The translations under genes were made by a program, and so were the position numbers. Positions 47,220-57,401 of a stretch of 64,000 nucleotides of DNA are shown piece by piece. Numbering within the stretch: position 1 is the stretch's first letter; each line of letters opens with the position of its first letter. The DNA is from Planctomycetota bacterium (GTDB taxonomy: Bacteria > Planctomycetota > UBA1135), in NCBI GenBank assembly GCA_045047305.1, contig JASFYO010000021.1, positions 1 through 64,000 on the forward strand, read 5' to 3'. A model generated the notes under the pieces. That model did no database searches, had not been told where the DNA came from, and saw only the letters and a program-made list of their open reading frames with translations.

Positions 47220-48662
47220 CTATTCGGCCTGGAACCCTTTCAGCTTGCGGTACAGAGTTCGCTCACCAATCCCGAGTTGTTTCGCGGCTTTTTGGCGGTT
47301 TCCATCCATGGACTCTAGGGTGCCAAGAATCATGTCCCGCTCGACCTCCTCAAGCGACTTCCCAATGGGTGGGTAGCTCGGGCCGGTAGATGCAGGTGGC
47401 GCATTGATTTCCTCGTCAACTGGGCAAGATTTAGGTGCGCCAATAGGAAGCGATACTTCGGCCTCGATTAGCGGTGGTCTTGGTTTTAAATCTCGCAGAT
47501 TGAGCGGAAGGTCTTCTACTCCTAAGCAGCCATCGGTGTCGAGAACCACCATGGTTTCCACAGCATTGCGTAGCTCGCGGACATTGCCCGGCCAGGTATG
47601 GGCACGGAGCACACGCAAAAGATCCTCCGAAATCGCGGGAATGGATTTGCCATGACGCTCGGAGAATTCATGCAGGAAATGGTCCACCAGCAAGGGCAAA
47701 TCTTCCAACCGTTCCCTTAAAGGAGGCATGTCAATTTCAACCACGGCAAGGCGGTAATAAAGGTCTTCACGGAATTCACCGGCTTCGATTCTTTGTCTCA
47801 GATTTCGGTTGGTCGCAGCAATGATGCGGACGTCAATCGGGCGCGCATCATTGGCCCCAACCGGAACGACTTCACGACTTTCTAAAACGCGCAAAAGTTT
47901 CGCTTGGGTCGATAGCGGCATATCGCCGATTTCATCAAGAAAGATGGTCCCCCCATCCGCAAATTCAAACTTACCTTGCTTGGATTCATGGGCGCCAGTG
48001 AAGGAACCTTTAGTATGTCCAAACAATTCACTTTCAATCAAACTTTCGGTTAATGCCGCGCAATTCACCGCTACGAATCGGCGCTTATTGCGTTCCGACA
48101 AGCGATGCAGTGCACTTGCAACTAATTCCTTGCCAGTGCCGGAATCGCCAAGCACCAGTACCGTTGCATTGGTTGGACCGACTTGGCGCACCAAGTCAAA
48201 GACTCGTGTCATGGCAGGTGCATTGCCAATCATGCCTTCCAGACCAAATCGGCGGTTCAGGGCCTTGCGCAGCTGTTGATTGTCCTCGGTAAGGCGCTGT
48301 TTCTCTAATTCTCGATCCACTCGGGTGCGCAATTCTGCAAGATTAACAGGTTTGGTGAGGTAGTCTGCAGCCCCTTCCTGCATGGCCTGTACTGCGGTCT
48401 CAACCGTGCCATAACCCGTGATCAGAAACACCGAAACCTCGGGACGACGTTCACGGATTGCGCGTAATAAATCCAAACCATTTCCATCGCCAAGCATGAG
48501 GTCGGTGAGGACGACGTCGTATTTGCGAATGGGGAACCGATCCATCGCGGCTTGGAAGTGATCCGCAATTTCAACTATGTGGCCATCACGTTCCAAAGCC
48601 ATTTGCATGGCTTCAGCATGATTCCGGTCATCGTCGACCACCAACAGTCGAGCACTAGCCAT
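47220..48662 (-). CDS. Sigma-54-dependent response regulator (NtrC/AtoC family bEBP)
   Basis: Receiver (VVDDD, TDL), [44 protein letters not shown], Fis-type HTH; start moved to ATG 48662. Confidence 0.95.
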   Translation of the reverse strand: MASARLLVVDDDRNHAEAMQMALERDGHIVEIADHFQAAMDRFPIRKYDVVLTDLMLGDGNGLDLLRAIRERRPEVSVFLITGYGTVETAVQAMQEGAADYLTKPVNLAELRTRVDRELEKQRLTEDNQQLRKALNRRFGLEGMIGNAPAMTRVFDLVRQVGPTNATVLVLGDSGTGKELVASALHRLSERNKRRFVAVNCAALTESLIESELFGHTKGSFTGAHESKQGKFEFADGGTIFLDEIGDMPLSTQAKLLRVLESREVVPVGANDARPIDVRIIAATNRNLRQRIEAGEFREDLYYRLAVVEIDMPPLRERLEDLPLLVDHFLHEFSERHGKSIPAISEDLLRVLRAHTWPGNVRELRNAVETMVVLDTDGCLGVEDLPLNLRDLKPRPPLIEAEVSLPIGAPKSCPVDEEINAPPASTGPSYPPIGKSLEEVERDMILGTLESMDGNRQKAAKQLGIGERTLYRKLKGFQAE

Positions 48663-49383
48663 AATTAGGAGATGCTTCCAAGGGGAGTGCCATGCTGACT
48701 CGGGTTCCATTGCCGGGAGAACTTTCAATTGAAAGCGTGCCACCATGGGCCCCCACAATGCGCCGCACGGTCGCCATACCGAGGCCAGACCCACCTTTCT
48801 TCGTGGAGTAGTACACCTGGAGGCATTGCTTCAAGGTTTCTGCTTCCATGCCTGGGCCGTCATCCACGATTTCAACTATGGCACGCTCTCCTTCACGTCG
48901 AGTGATGAAGGTGATGGTGCCGTACCCACGCTCTTCCATAGCCTGCCGAGCATTGATAACCAAATTTAATAAGGCTTGCCGCATGCGACCGACATCGAGC
49001 ATGACCAAGGGCAAACTTAAATCCAAATAGGATTTGATTTGAATCCCAAGGCGTTGGGCCTCGGGTGTAGAAAATTGCACCACCTGTTCAATTTGCGCAT
49101 TGAGCGAAGCGAGACTGGCGTTTAAGGAATCGGTGCGTGCAAAACGCAGAAAGTCTTCCAGAATTCCGTTGAGTCGTAAGACTTCCGATTTCAAAATGCG
49201 TACGGTTTTGACCGTGCGTCGGGCCTTGATTCCATCCTCCGGCTCCCAATCCTCCTCCAGCAAAGCCAAGTGCAAGCTGATGGTGCTCAGAGGGTTTTTT
49301 AGCTCATGCGCAAGGCCGCCCGCAAGACGAGCAAGCGTTTGCGGGTCAAGGTCATGTGCACGTAAAGGTTGTTCCGAAGACAT
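48655..49383 (-). CDS. Histidine kinase lacking a sensor domain
   Basis: H-box GLAHELKNPL about 20 aa after the probable start, N-box NLVINARQA, DDGPG, STKKGGSGLG. Confidence 0.92.
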   Translation of the reverse strand: MSSEQPLRAHDLDPQTLARLAGGLAHELKNPLSTISLHLALLEEDWEPEDGIKARRTVKTVRILKSEVLRLNGILEDFLRFARTDSLNASLASLNAQIEQVVQFSTPEAQRLGIQIKSYLDLSLPLVMLDVGRMRQALLNLVINARQAMEERGYGTITFITRREGERAIVEIVDDGPGMEAETLKQCLQVYYSTKKGGSGLGMATVRRIVGAHGGTLSIESSPGNGTRVSMALPLEASPNYG

Positions 49384-49457
49384 AAGGGCTTCCAGCGGCC
49401 AATGCCGCACGACTAGGATACCTGCGCTGGCTCCCATCCCGACATTGTTTCCTCCCC

Positions 49458-50534
49458 GTGTCCGCAAACTCATTCGACCTTAATACGACTTCTGGCCAGG
49501 CCGATGCCGCCAAACGCCTTTGCGCAGGCGAAATCGTGGCTCTTCCAACCGACACGGTACCTGGATTGGCCATTCGAGCGGACCTCCCTCAAAGCGCGGA
49601 ACGCTTGGCGCGGATTAAAGGAAGTCCTCAAGGCCGCCCCTTTACGCTTCACTTGCCGCATATGCAAGCTATTCGGGAAATGGCGCCAACTTTGCCACCT
49701 GGATTGGCTGCATGGTTAAATACGCATTTGCCTCAAGGAGTGACGGCATTGTTACCCCGAAGGTGGGTCAATCTCGCAGACAGTATCGATTGGAAATGGA
49801 ATCATGTGGGATTCCGTTTACCGCAGCAGCCTGATTATCAGGCGGTGACTGAAATTTTAGATTTCCCGCTATTGATGACCAGCATCAATCCAAGCGGCCA
49901 ACCCTCCCTATTTGGCGAGGCTCTGAACCAATGGATCAGTTCGCATGGAGTGGCACACGCGACAGGATTGGCCCAAATTGGCGAGTGCGCCCCCTCAACC
50001 ATTATTTCCTTTGATCCGATGCCGAATGTTTTACGGGGGCAGGCTGCCACGGAAATGACTCTTCCTGGCAAACGAGTTCTGATTTTATGTAGCGGCAATA
50101 TTTGCCGTTCCCCAGTTGCAGAGCATCTATTGCGTGAACTACTGGCCAATACCTGGCAAGTGCCTCAGGAGCAACTTGCGGATTCCGGGTGGATGGTGGC
50201 CTCGGCTGGGACCTTTGCCATAGATGGTGGCACGGTAAGCCGACATTCCTATACCGTTGGCCAAGAAATCGGTTTGGATTTATCCGCACATCGGTCGCAA
50301 CATGTGGACCAGGCGCTGCAACAACCCTGGGACTTGATTCTAGGGATGGGGCCGAATCACCTTGCTGGCATGCCACCGGAACTGGCTTGTGAACTGTTCG
50401 ACCCTACCGGCCATGCTGTGCCGGATCCCTTTGGTGGGGAGCTTGCTGAATACGAAAACATGCGCAATCACCTCATGGTGGCGGCACGAAATCGAGTTGC
50501 TGCTTGGTCAGATTGGCCTCACGACCAGAGCTGA
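49458..50534 (+). CDS. YrdC/Sua5-like domain fused to a low-molecular-weight protein phosphatase
   Basis: N-half ALPTDTVPGL, VGFRLP, TSIN, PSTII; C-half CSGNICRSP, SAGT, HRSQ, VPDPFGG. Confidence 0.88.
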   Translation: MSANSFDLNTTSGQADAAKRLCAGEIVALPTDTVPGLAIRADLPQSAERLARIKGSPQGRPFTLHLPHMQAIREMAPTLPPGLAAWLNTHLPQGVTALLPRRWVNLADSIDWKWNHVGFRLPQQPDYQAVTEILDFPLLMTSINPSGQPSLFGEALNQWISSHGVAHATGLAQIGECAPSTIISFDPMPNVLRGQAATEMTLPGKRVLILCSGNICRSPVAEHLLRELLANTWQVPQEQLADSGWMVASAGTFAIDGGTVSRHSYTVGQEIGLDLSAHRSQHVDQALQQPWDLILGMGPNHLAGMPPELACELFDPTGHAVPDPFGGELAEYENMRNHLMVAARNRVAAWSDWPHDQS

Positions 50535-50968
50535 ACCACGTCCTCTGTGGAGGCCGCTTGGAGCAATTGATCGCGAAAGGAGACATCCCCAAGGCGCCGA
50601 GCGACCTCGGTAAGCGTTTGCAGGTGCATTAACTTTTCGTGCTTTGGCACCAAAATCATCACCACTATTTGCGCTGGTTTGTCATCCAGCGAGGCGAAAT
50701 CCAATCCATCGGGCAATAGGGCCATGCTGACGAACATCTGCTCTAAGCCCTCTACAGCCGCATGAGGCACTGCGATACCAGCCTCCATGCCAGTAGAAAC
50801 GCATTCCTCACGTGCAACCACACACTCTAAGCATAGGTTTCGAACCTCAGAGGAGAGATCCCATGCGGTGGCGAGGGCATCCACCATGGATTCTAATAGC
50901 TCCCATTTGTCGGACACCGGAGGTGCCAGAAGAATGGAGCCAGCGCGGAAATGGGTGGGGAAATCCAT
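50519..50968 (-). CDS. PTS EIIA (PtsN/fructose-type) stand-alone protein
   Basis: REECVSTGMEAGIAVPHA phospho-His motif, DFASLD.KP, HLQTL. Confidence 0.9.
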   Translation of the reverse strand: MDFPTHFRAGSILLAPPVSDKWELLESMVDALATAWDLSSEVRNLCLECVVAREECVSTGMEAGIAVPHAAVEGLEQMFVSMALLPDGLDFASLDDKPAQIVVMILVPKHEKLMHLQTLTEVARRLGDVSFRDQLLQAASTEDVVQLWS

Positions 50969-51161
50969 CAGTTAGGGCGTGCACAGCATATCTTCAGCCA
51001 AGCGCGTGCAACAGCGGCCAAGGAGGAAGATTTTCTTGGAAGGGAAGGAAGTTTGTCCACGTCGGAAAACGCAGTCCGTAATGCTTTGAGCCGAGCTACC
51101 ACAACGACTAGACTCTGCTCTACCCGGCGCCCACCGCGCCCCCACCTCATTCTAAGAGCGC

Positions 51162-53384
51162 ATGCTCCTCATCATCAGTCTTGGCCTAGCGCCACTCCTG
51201 TTTTCTCCATCCTTTCAGGAACCCGAAGAAGATCTTCAGGTCCCTGAGAGTGTCCTTCAGTCAGACGGCGAGTACTTCACACTTGACCTGAGCGAACTCG
51301 ATGAAGGCGGCTTAACGCTGCGCCAGTTCATCAAGATCTGTCAGCTCAACACTGGCCTGAACTTCACTTTGGATGAATCCAATTCCGCCAACGTGCGTCA
51401 GAAGTTAGATAATAAACGACTTCTGCTCTATGGAGAGAAACGCATTAAGAAAGAGGACTTCTACTCCTTCTTTCAAATCATGATGAAAATTCATGGGTTC
51501 GTTTGCGTCACGCAAGGATCTGGCGATCTTGAAGTGATTGTGATTACGGAACAACTGGCTTCGAATAACACATTGATTAAATCCAATGCTCTATTCATCA
51601 GCGAAGAAAAGGTGAAGGACTATGCGGACAAGCCTGGAACCTTCCTCTACACAGTAGTCCCGCTGAAGTACGCAGAAGCGCAAGACCTAGGAACCAACTT
51701 GCGGTCTGCGATTGGTGGTAACGTCGGCGACAACTCTTCCTTCATGCCGCTAACTCAAGAGCAAGCCTTGTTCATTCAAGGTTATGGCCCTTTTGTTGCT
51801 GCTGCCGTGCGCATGATCAAGATTCTAGATAAGAAGCCAGATTTGGTGCAGCCGGAATTCCGCAAGATTCCATTGCGTGAAACCAGTGCGGAAGAGCTTG
51901 CCGATATCCTGGTGGATTTGGTTGAGAATCTACAGGGACCTGAAACTAGATCTCCGAATACCAATCGTCGTTCGGGCGCCAACCCTACGGCACCGATTGA
52001 GACAAACATTGTTGCCTTTCCTCAAGACAACTCTTTGTTAGTCACTGCCGACCCGGAAATCATGAATAGGATTCTAGATTTAGTGGCGCAACTCGACACC
52101 AAAGTGCTGGAGCCGCAATCGAATTTCCATTTGTATGTATTGCAGTACCTCAGCGCAGCGGACCTAGATGAAGCGATTTCCCAATTCTTGCAACGTTCGG
52201 AAGATGAGGCTGAACGGGCAAGCAGAAATGCCTCGGGTGGAAGTAACTCCCGTTCGCGAGTCACTGAGCAGAAAATCATCGTGGAAATCCACGAGGAAAC
52301 AAACTCACTCCTTGTTACAGCAACCCGTTCCAAATGGGAAGAGCTGCGCACCTTGCTGGACCGCTTAGATCGCCGTCAACCACAAGTGTTGATTGAAACG
52401 GCCTTGATTGAAGTCAGTAACGATTTCTCGAGAGACATTGGCATTGAATATGCCAATGTGGAAACCCCAACTGGAAATACGCAAAAAGGTTTCGTCTTTA
52501 CTTCCGTGGGAATTACTTCAGGTGACACCATTGGCGGACCGCGCCTGCCGTCTCCAACCGCTGCTGGTCTAACCTTCGGTATCTTTGATGGAGCAGATCT
52601 TGGTATCCCTTTCATCATTCAAGCTGCGCAAGCCAACACCGACACCAACATCTTGTCGGTTCCATCCATCTTGGTTGCGAACAACAAGGGTGCTACAGTG
52701 ACATCGGAAGACGAGATTCCGTTCCAAACTTCAAACGCAGTGCAAGGTGCGGTTGCCAGCAATGTGGATTACACCACAGCTGGTATTACTCTGAATATCA
52801 CCCCTTCGATTTCGGCGCAGAAATACTTGCGGCTGTCGATTAAGCTCACGGTTTCTTCCTTCCGCGGCGAAGCCACTGGAACCCTTCCTCCGGCCAAGGC
52901 CACGCGGACCATTCAGACCAATGTAAACCTGCCTGATGGTGCCACCATGTGGCTCGGGGGCATCATTCGCGATGACATTACAGACAGCGAGAGTGGCATT
53001 CCTTACCTCTCAGACATTCCCCTGATTGGTGGCCTCTTTGGGCGTAACACGAAGAGCAATGTGAAAACAACATTGTTCTTTTTCTGCACGCCTACAATCC
53101 TCGAAGACTTCAACGAACTTGATGACATTTCCAAGGATGGAAAAGCGCGCGCTGCGGCAACCATTGGTTTGGAAAGGGTACGCATGATTGATCCTGACTA
53201 TCAATACGATAGCCCTGTAGACATCATTTTAGAATCCGATAACGACCAAGATGGTAGTCCTGACTTTGGTTCGCTGAACCTATCCGGTTTCGCAGCACCA
53301 AGATACCAGGGTTCCGGTGGAGTCCTGAATGATGGATCTGCGGTTGGATCCAATCGTTTCCTGCCAGTCCAGAACAACAAGTGA
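51162..53384 (+). CDS. gspD: Type II secretion secretin
   Basis: N-domain repeats (LKYAEA, NSLLVTA), LDRRQPQVLIE, GITLNITPSI, SGIPYLSDIPLIGGLF. Confidence 0.88.
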   Translation: MLLIISLGLAPLLFSPSFQEPEEDLQVPESVLQSDGEYFTLDLSELDEGGLTLRQFIKICQLNTGLNFTLDESNSANVRQKLDNKRLLLYGEKRIKKEDFYSFFQIMMKIHGFVCVTQGSGDLEVIVITEQLASNNTLIKSNALFISEEKVKDYADKPGTFLYTVVPLKYAEAQDLGTNLRSAIGGNVGDNSSFMPLTQEQALFIQGYGPFVAAAVRMIKILDKKPDLVQPEFRKIPLRETSAEELADILVDLVENLQGPETRSPNTNRRSGANPTAPIETNIVAFPQDNSLLVTADPEIMNRILDLVAQLDTKVLEPQSNFHLYVLQYLSAADLDEAISQFLQRSEDEAERASRNASGGSNSRSRVTEQKIIVEIHEETNSLLVTATRSKWEELRTLLDRLDRRQPQVLIETALIEVSNDFSRDIGIEYANVETPTGNTQKGFVFTSVGITSGDTIGGPRLPSPTAAGLTFGIFDGADLGIPFIIQAAQANTDTNILSVPSILVANNKGATVTSEDEIPFQTSNAVQGAVASNVDYTTAGITLNITPSISAQKYLRLSIKLTVSSFRGEATGTLPPAKATRTIQTNVNLPDGATMWLGGIIRDDITDSESGIPYLSDIPLIGGLFGRNTKSNVKTTLFFFCTPTILEDFNELDDISKDGKARAAATIGLERVRMIDPDYQYDSPVDIILESDNDQDGSPDFGSLNLSGFAAPRYQGSGGVLNDGSAVGSNRFLPVQNNK

Positions 53385-55108
53385 GCAGCGAACCCCTGAC
53401 TTCGCCTCCCGATTTGCTCGGTATTCTTGCAAAAGAAACCGGGCAGGACCCTATCGAGTTGCGCAAATTGCGTGATCAGGCCTCTTCTAGCGGTCAAACT
53501 CTCGATCGGGTACTTCTGACCCGGGGACTTGATGAAGCTTCCGTTTTGCGCGCTTTCGCGGAAGACTTGGAAATGGAATTCCTTGAGGACTTTCAAGGTG
53601 TTCAAGTCCCGAAAGCCTTCGTCGACCGTGTCCCCCTATCCTTTGCGCGGGCACACAACATGGTAGGGATGGCCATGGAAGGGTCGGAATTGGTGGTTGC
53701 ATGCGCCCACCCACTCGACATACATCCACAGGACGATCTCATTGCTATGGTCCCATGCAGCGTTCGCTTTGCATTGGCTACCAAGGCAGATATTACCGAA
53801 CTGGTAAACCGAGCCTTTCGCCACCGTGCAGATGGCGTCGATGATGCGCTGGATGACCTAGAAGGCGCCGATATTGTAGGACTCGCTGCTGAAATTGATG
53901 AAAGTGAAGACCTGCTTGATGTGGCCAATAAGGCGCCCATCATCAAGCTAGTCAACTCTGTATTGTTCCAGGCGTTGAAACTGCGCGCATCCGATGTGCA
54001 CTTCCAACCCTACACCGACCGCATGCAGGTCCGCTTCCGCATCGACGGCATTCTCTACGATATGGAAGGCATTCCTAAAAAAGCCCAAGATGCCATCACT
54101 TCGCGTATTAAGGTGATGGGCAAAATGGATATCGCGGAACGTCGGCTTCCTCAAGACGGGCGCGCATCCATTCGCATTGGCGATGGCGAGGTCGACGTGC
54201 GGATTTCGGTAGTGCCTACCGCAGAAGGAGAACGCTGCGTGTTACGTCTACTTGACAAAACCGCCCGCTCTTACGATTTGCAGCACATCGGGTTGGACGA
54301 AGAAAACCTGAAGACACTGAAGCATTACTTGAATTTCCCCCATGGCATCATCTTGGTCACGGGGCCTACGGGGTCAGGGAAAACCACCACGCTATACGGT
54401 GGCCTGACTGAGATCAGTACGGGTGAAAAAAATATTCTGACGATTGAGGATCCCGTCGAGTATCAACTCGACGGGATCTCGCAGGTGCAGGTGAACGTTA
54501 AAAAAGGACTGACCTTCGCGGCAGGTTTGCGTTCCTTCTTACGTCAAGATCCAGATGTAATGATGGTTGGTGAAATCCGCGACCTCGAAACGGCAGAAAT
54601 TGCCATTCGAGCGGCAATCACCGGGCACCTAGTGTTCTCTACCGTGCACACCAATGACGCCCCAAGCACGGTAACTCGTCTTATCGACCTGGGTCTAGAG
54701 TCTTACTTGGTCTCCTCGTCTTTGGTGCTAGTTGTGGCACAGCGTTTGGTGCGAACCTTGTGTCAAACTTGCATTACCTGGATAGAACCAGACGAACAAC
54801 AAATTGCAACTTTGCGCGCCGTTGGTATCGACCGCGAATTGTTAAAGGATGGGAAATTCGCCCATTCCCCAGGATGCGAGGACTGCTTCCATTCCGGATA
54901 CCAAGGCAGAACGGCTATCTATGAACTTTTGCCAATGACAGAAACCATGCGTGAGTTGGTCATGAACAATGTCTCTGCAGCAGAACTCAAACGTGCTGCG
55001 ATTCAAGGTGGCATGCGGACTTTACGCCAAGACGGCATGCTAAAAGTCATTGCCGGTGAAACTTCTCCGGAAGAAATCATGCGTGTGACTCAGTTGGACA
55101 TCATCTAG
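53381..55108 (+). CDS. gspE: Type II secretion ATPase
   Basis: ASDVH, DIAERRLPQDGR, GPTGSGKTTT, EDPVEY, LRQDPD, TVHTND, CxxC...CxxC. Confidence 0.95.
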   Translation: MSSEPLTSPPDLLGILAKETGQDPIELRKLRDQASSSGQTLDRVLLTRGLDEASVLRAFAEDLEMEFLEDFQGVQVPKAFVDRVPLSFARAHNMVGMAMEGSELVVACAHPLDIHPQDDLIAMVPCSVRFALATKADITELVNRAFRHRADGVDDALDDLEGADIVGLAAEIDESEDLLDVANKAPIIKLVNSVLFQALKLRASDVHFQPYTDRMQVRFRIDGILYDMEGIPKKAQDAITSRIKVMGKMDIAERRLPQDGRASIRIGDGEVDVRISVVPTAEGERCVLRLLDKTARSYDLQHIGLDEENLKTLKHYLNFPHGIILVTGPTGSGKTTTLYGGLTEISTGEKNILTIEDPVEYQLDGISQVQVNVKKGLTFAAGLRSFLRQDPDVMMVGEIRDLETAEIAIRAAITGHLVFSTVHTNDAPSTVTRLIDLGLESYLVSSSLVLVVAQRLVRTLCQTCITWIEPDEQQIATLRAVGIDRELLKDGKFAHSPGCEDCFHSGYQGRTAIYELLPMTETMRELVMNNVSAAELKRAAIQGGMRTLRQDGMLKVIAGETSPEEIMRVTQLDII

Positions 55109-55126
55109 TCCTTTAGGGGACCGAAA

Positions 55127-56425
55127 ATGCCGGTTTACGAGTGGAAAGGATTTAACAGCAAAGGCAAGAAAGCCTCTGGTGTCATTGACGCTGATTCCCC
55201 ACGCGATGCGCGGGCGAAGTGCAAACGGCAGGGCATGCTAGTCACGGGCTTGGTAGAAATTCGTGCGGGAAGGAAAAAACGCACTGCCATGGTCTCGGCT
55301 TCCAAGGCCGGGCGCAAAGAGAACAAGCAACTTGCTCGATTCAAAAAAAGCATAGAATCTGCACGTGGCCGCAAAGAAGGCGGAATACGAAGTAAAGGGC
55401 GTACCGATGAGGTCGCAACTTTTACTCGTCAACTCGCCACCTTGACCAAGGCCGGCATTCCGATTACAGAAGCTCTGCGCGCGATCATTGAACAAACAGA
55501 AAATAAACGTCTAAACATTCTTTATCGTGATATTCGTGAGCAGATTTCGCAAGGAACGCCGACGGCAGACGCATTGGCATCTCACCCGGATTACTTTGAT
55601 TCCCTCAACGTATCGATGGTTCGCGCAGGTGAGGCCTCGGGGCATTTAGATTCCGTTCTGTTGAAGATGTCCAATTTCATGCAAGAACAGAGCAAAGTCC
55701 GAAACAAAGTGCAGGCTGCCATGATGTACCCCATGGTAATGCTATTGGTTGGCTTTGGCGTCATTGGGCTATTGATTGGTTTTGTAGTACCAAAAATCAC
55801 TTTGATGCTGGAGAGCCAAGGAAGTGAACTTCCCCTCCCAACCCGGATATTGCAGGGCACTTCCGATTTCTTAATCGGATACTGGTGGGTTCTTTTTATT
55901 GTGATTATTTTCGCGTCACTCGGGTTTAACCTCTTCTATTCTTCCGACAAGGGTCGCCTTTCTGTAGACACGAAAATGCTGAAACTACCCATCTTTGGTG
56001 ACTTGCTCAAGAAACAGGCTATCGCACGATTTGCACAAACTTTCGCCACACTTCTCTCTTCTGGAGTACCTGTAGTACGTTGTTTGGAAGTAAACCGCAC
56101 CGTGCTCGGCAACCGTCTCATGGAAAACACCATCGATGATGTGCGCAAGAAAATTATTGAAGGGGCAGACATCGCTGGACCGATTAAAGCGTCGGGGGTG
56201 TTTCCGCCCCTACTCGGTTACATGATTGCAGTGGGCGAACAATCCGGAGAGCTCGATTCCATGATGCAACAGATTGGTGATACTTACCAAGACGAAGTGG
56301 AAATCGCGACGCAAAAACTAACTTCCCTCATTGAACCAGTCCTAATCCTAGTGTTAGCGGTTATGGTCGGGTTCATCATCATGGCCATCTTGTGGCCGGT
56401 CCTACAAATGACCTCAAACTTTTAG
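55127..56425 (+). CDS. gspF: Type II secretion inner-membrane platform protein
   Basis: FTRQLATL, AGEASG, AMMYP, ELPLPT, VGEQSGEL, LIEP. Confidence 0.95.
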   Translation: MPVYEWKGFNSKGKKASGVIDADSPRDARAKCKRQGMLVTGLVEIRAGRKKRTAMVSASKAGRKENKQLARFKKSIESARGRKEGGIRSKGRTDEVATFTRQLATLTKAGIPITEALRAIIEQTENKRLNILYRDIREQISQGTPTADALASHPDYFDSLNVSMVRAGEASGHLDSVLLKMSNFMQEQSKVRNKVQAAMMYPMVMLLVGFGVIGLLIGFVVPKITLMLESQGSELPLPTRILQGTSDFLIGYWWVLFIVIIFASLGFNLFYSSDKGRLSVDTKMLKLPIFGDLLKKQAIARFAQTFATLLSSGVPVVRCLEVNRTVLGNRLMENTIDDVRKKIIEGADIAGPIKASGVFPPLLGYMIAVGEQSGELDSMMQQIGDTYQDEVEIATQKLTSLIEPVLILVLAVMVGFIIMAILWPVLQMTSNF

Positions 56426-56427
56426 AC

Positions 56428-56841
56428 ATGAAAATCCAAACAAAACTTAAAAAGCGCGCGGGCTTTACTCTCATCGAGATCATGGTGGTGGTCCTCATCA
56501 TCGGACTTTTGGTCAGTGTGGTTGGGCCTAACATTTGGAATGCATTGGTTAGCAGTCAAGCCAAAATCGCGGACACTCAAATTCGTTCGTTCCATGATGC
56601 CATGGATCACTATAAGTTAAGTAACTACACCTACCCAGACAGTTTGGAGGCCTTAACCGAACCGGACCCAGTGACCGGCAATCCAATCATTAAAACCATT
56701 CCTCTAGATCCTTGGCAGAATGAATATGTCTTGGACCAGGATGCTGATGGCAATCCCGTGATCACTTGTTATGGTGCCGATGGCGTGCCTGGCGGAGAGG
56801 GCGAGAACAAGGACATCTCTTCGGAAACTATAGGGATTTAG
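56428..56841 (+). CDS. gspG: Major pseudopilin
   Basis: Prepilin site G/FTLIEIMVV, DPWQNEY, YGADGVPGGEGENKDI; start moved to ATG 56428. Confidence 0.93.
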   Translation: MKIQTKLKKRAGFTLIEIMVVVLIIGLLVSVVGPNIWNALVSSQAKIADTQIRSFHDAMDHYKLSNYTYPDSLEALTEPDPVTGNPIIKTIPLDPWQNEYVLDQDADGNPVITCYGADGVPGGEGENKDISSETIGI

Positions 56842-56849
56842 AGGTTAGG

Positions 56850-57401
56850 ATGAGGGCAAGAAGAGGGCGTCAGGCCGGATTTTCTCTGATTGAGATTACT
56901 GCCGTGGTCATCCTCATTGCCCTTGTTGCAAGTGTTGCCATGACCCGCTTGGATGGAGTGCTTCCATCTACTCGTTCTGAATCCGCTGCACGTGAGGTTC
57001 TGGCAACCTTAGATTTTGCCCGCACCCAAGCTATCGCCAAGGCGCAGCCTTACGAAGTGGTTTTTGATTTTCCAGAACAACGCTACAGCATCCGAGTTCC
57101 GTTCGATTCCGAAGGTGTTTTAATTCCAAATCAAGAGGATCGGCCTTTGCTCTCTTGGCACCATTTTGAAAAGGGAGTTGAGATTCTGGGCATACTTGAC
57201 CCGCGTGGGGAAATCGTCAGAGACGGAATCTACGCCATTACATTTGATGACCAAGGCGCCTCTAGTGACGTCCATATATATATTGGACACACAGAAAACA
57301 AGGACTTTGAACTCACTCTACGGGTGCTTTCGCTCACTGGTATCGCAAGCGTATTTCAAGGACATCTGGAACCCGAATTTCTGGTGGAAAATGATTTTTA
57401 A
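56850..57401 (+). CDS. gspH: Minor pseudopilin (GspH-like)
   Basis: G/FSLIEI, ARTQAI motif; order after gspG; start moved to ATG 56850. Confidence 0.8.
   Translation: MRARRGRQAGFSLIEITAVVILIALVASVAMTRLDGVLPSTRSESAAREVLATLDFARTQAIAKAQPYEVVFDFPEQRYSIRVPFDSEGVLIPNQEDRPLLSWHHFEKGVEILGILDPRGEIVRDGIYAITFDDQGASSDVHIYIGHTENKDFELTLRVLSLTGIASVFQGHLEPEFLVENDF

Noticed and set aside
45124..47223. Shared 10-mer ATAGGTTACG near both sigma-54 candidates (45124-45133 and 47214-47223)
   Set aside because: Opposite orientations and different distances, and one copy includes the bEBP stop codon; two instances are not enough evidence.
47990..48010. GSFTGA instead of GAFTGA in the bEBP
   Set aside because: Common variant that keeps the critical F-T residues; no reason to call it sigma-54-independent.
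51125..51140. GG-N10-GC spacing upstream of gspD
   Set aside because: Lacks the GGCA and TTGC context; expected by chance in a GC-rich stretch.
50968..51150. 60-aa ORF whose stop overlaps the EIIA start (TGATG)
   Set aside because: No recognisable motif or RBS; it spans the divergent promoter region of gspD and EIIA; probably spurious.
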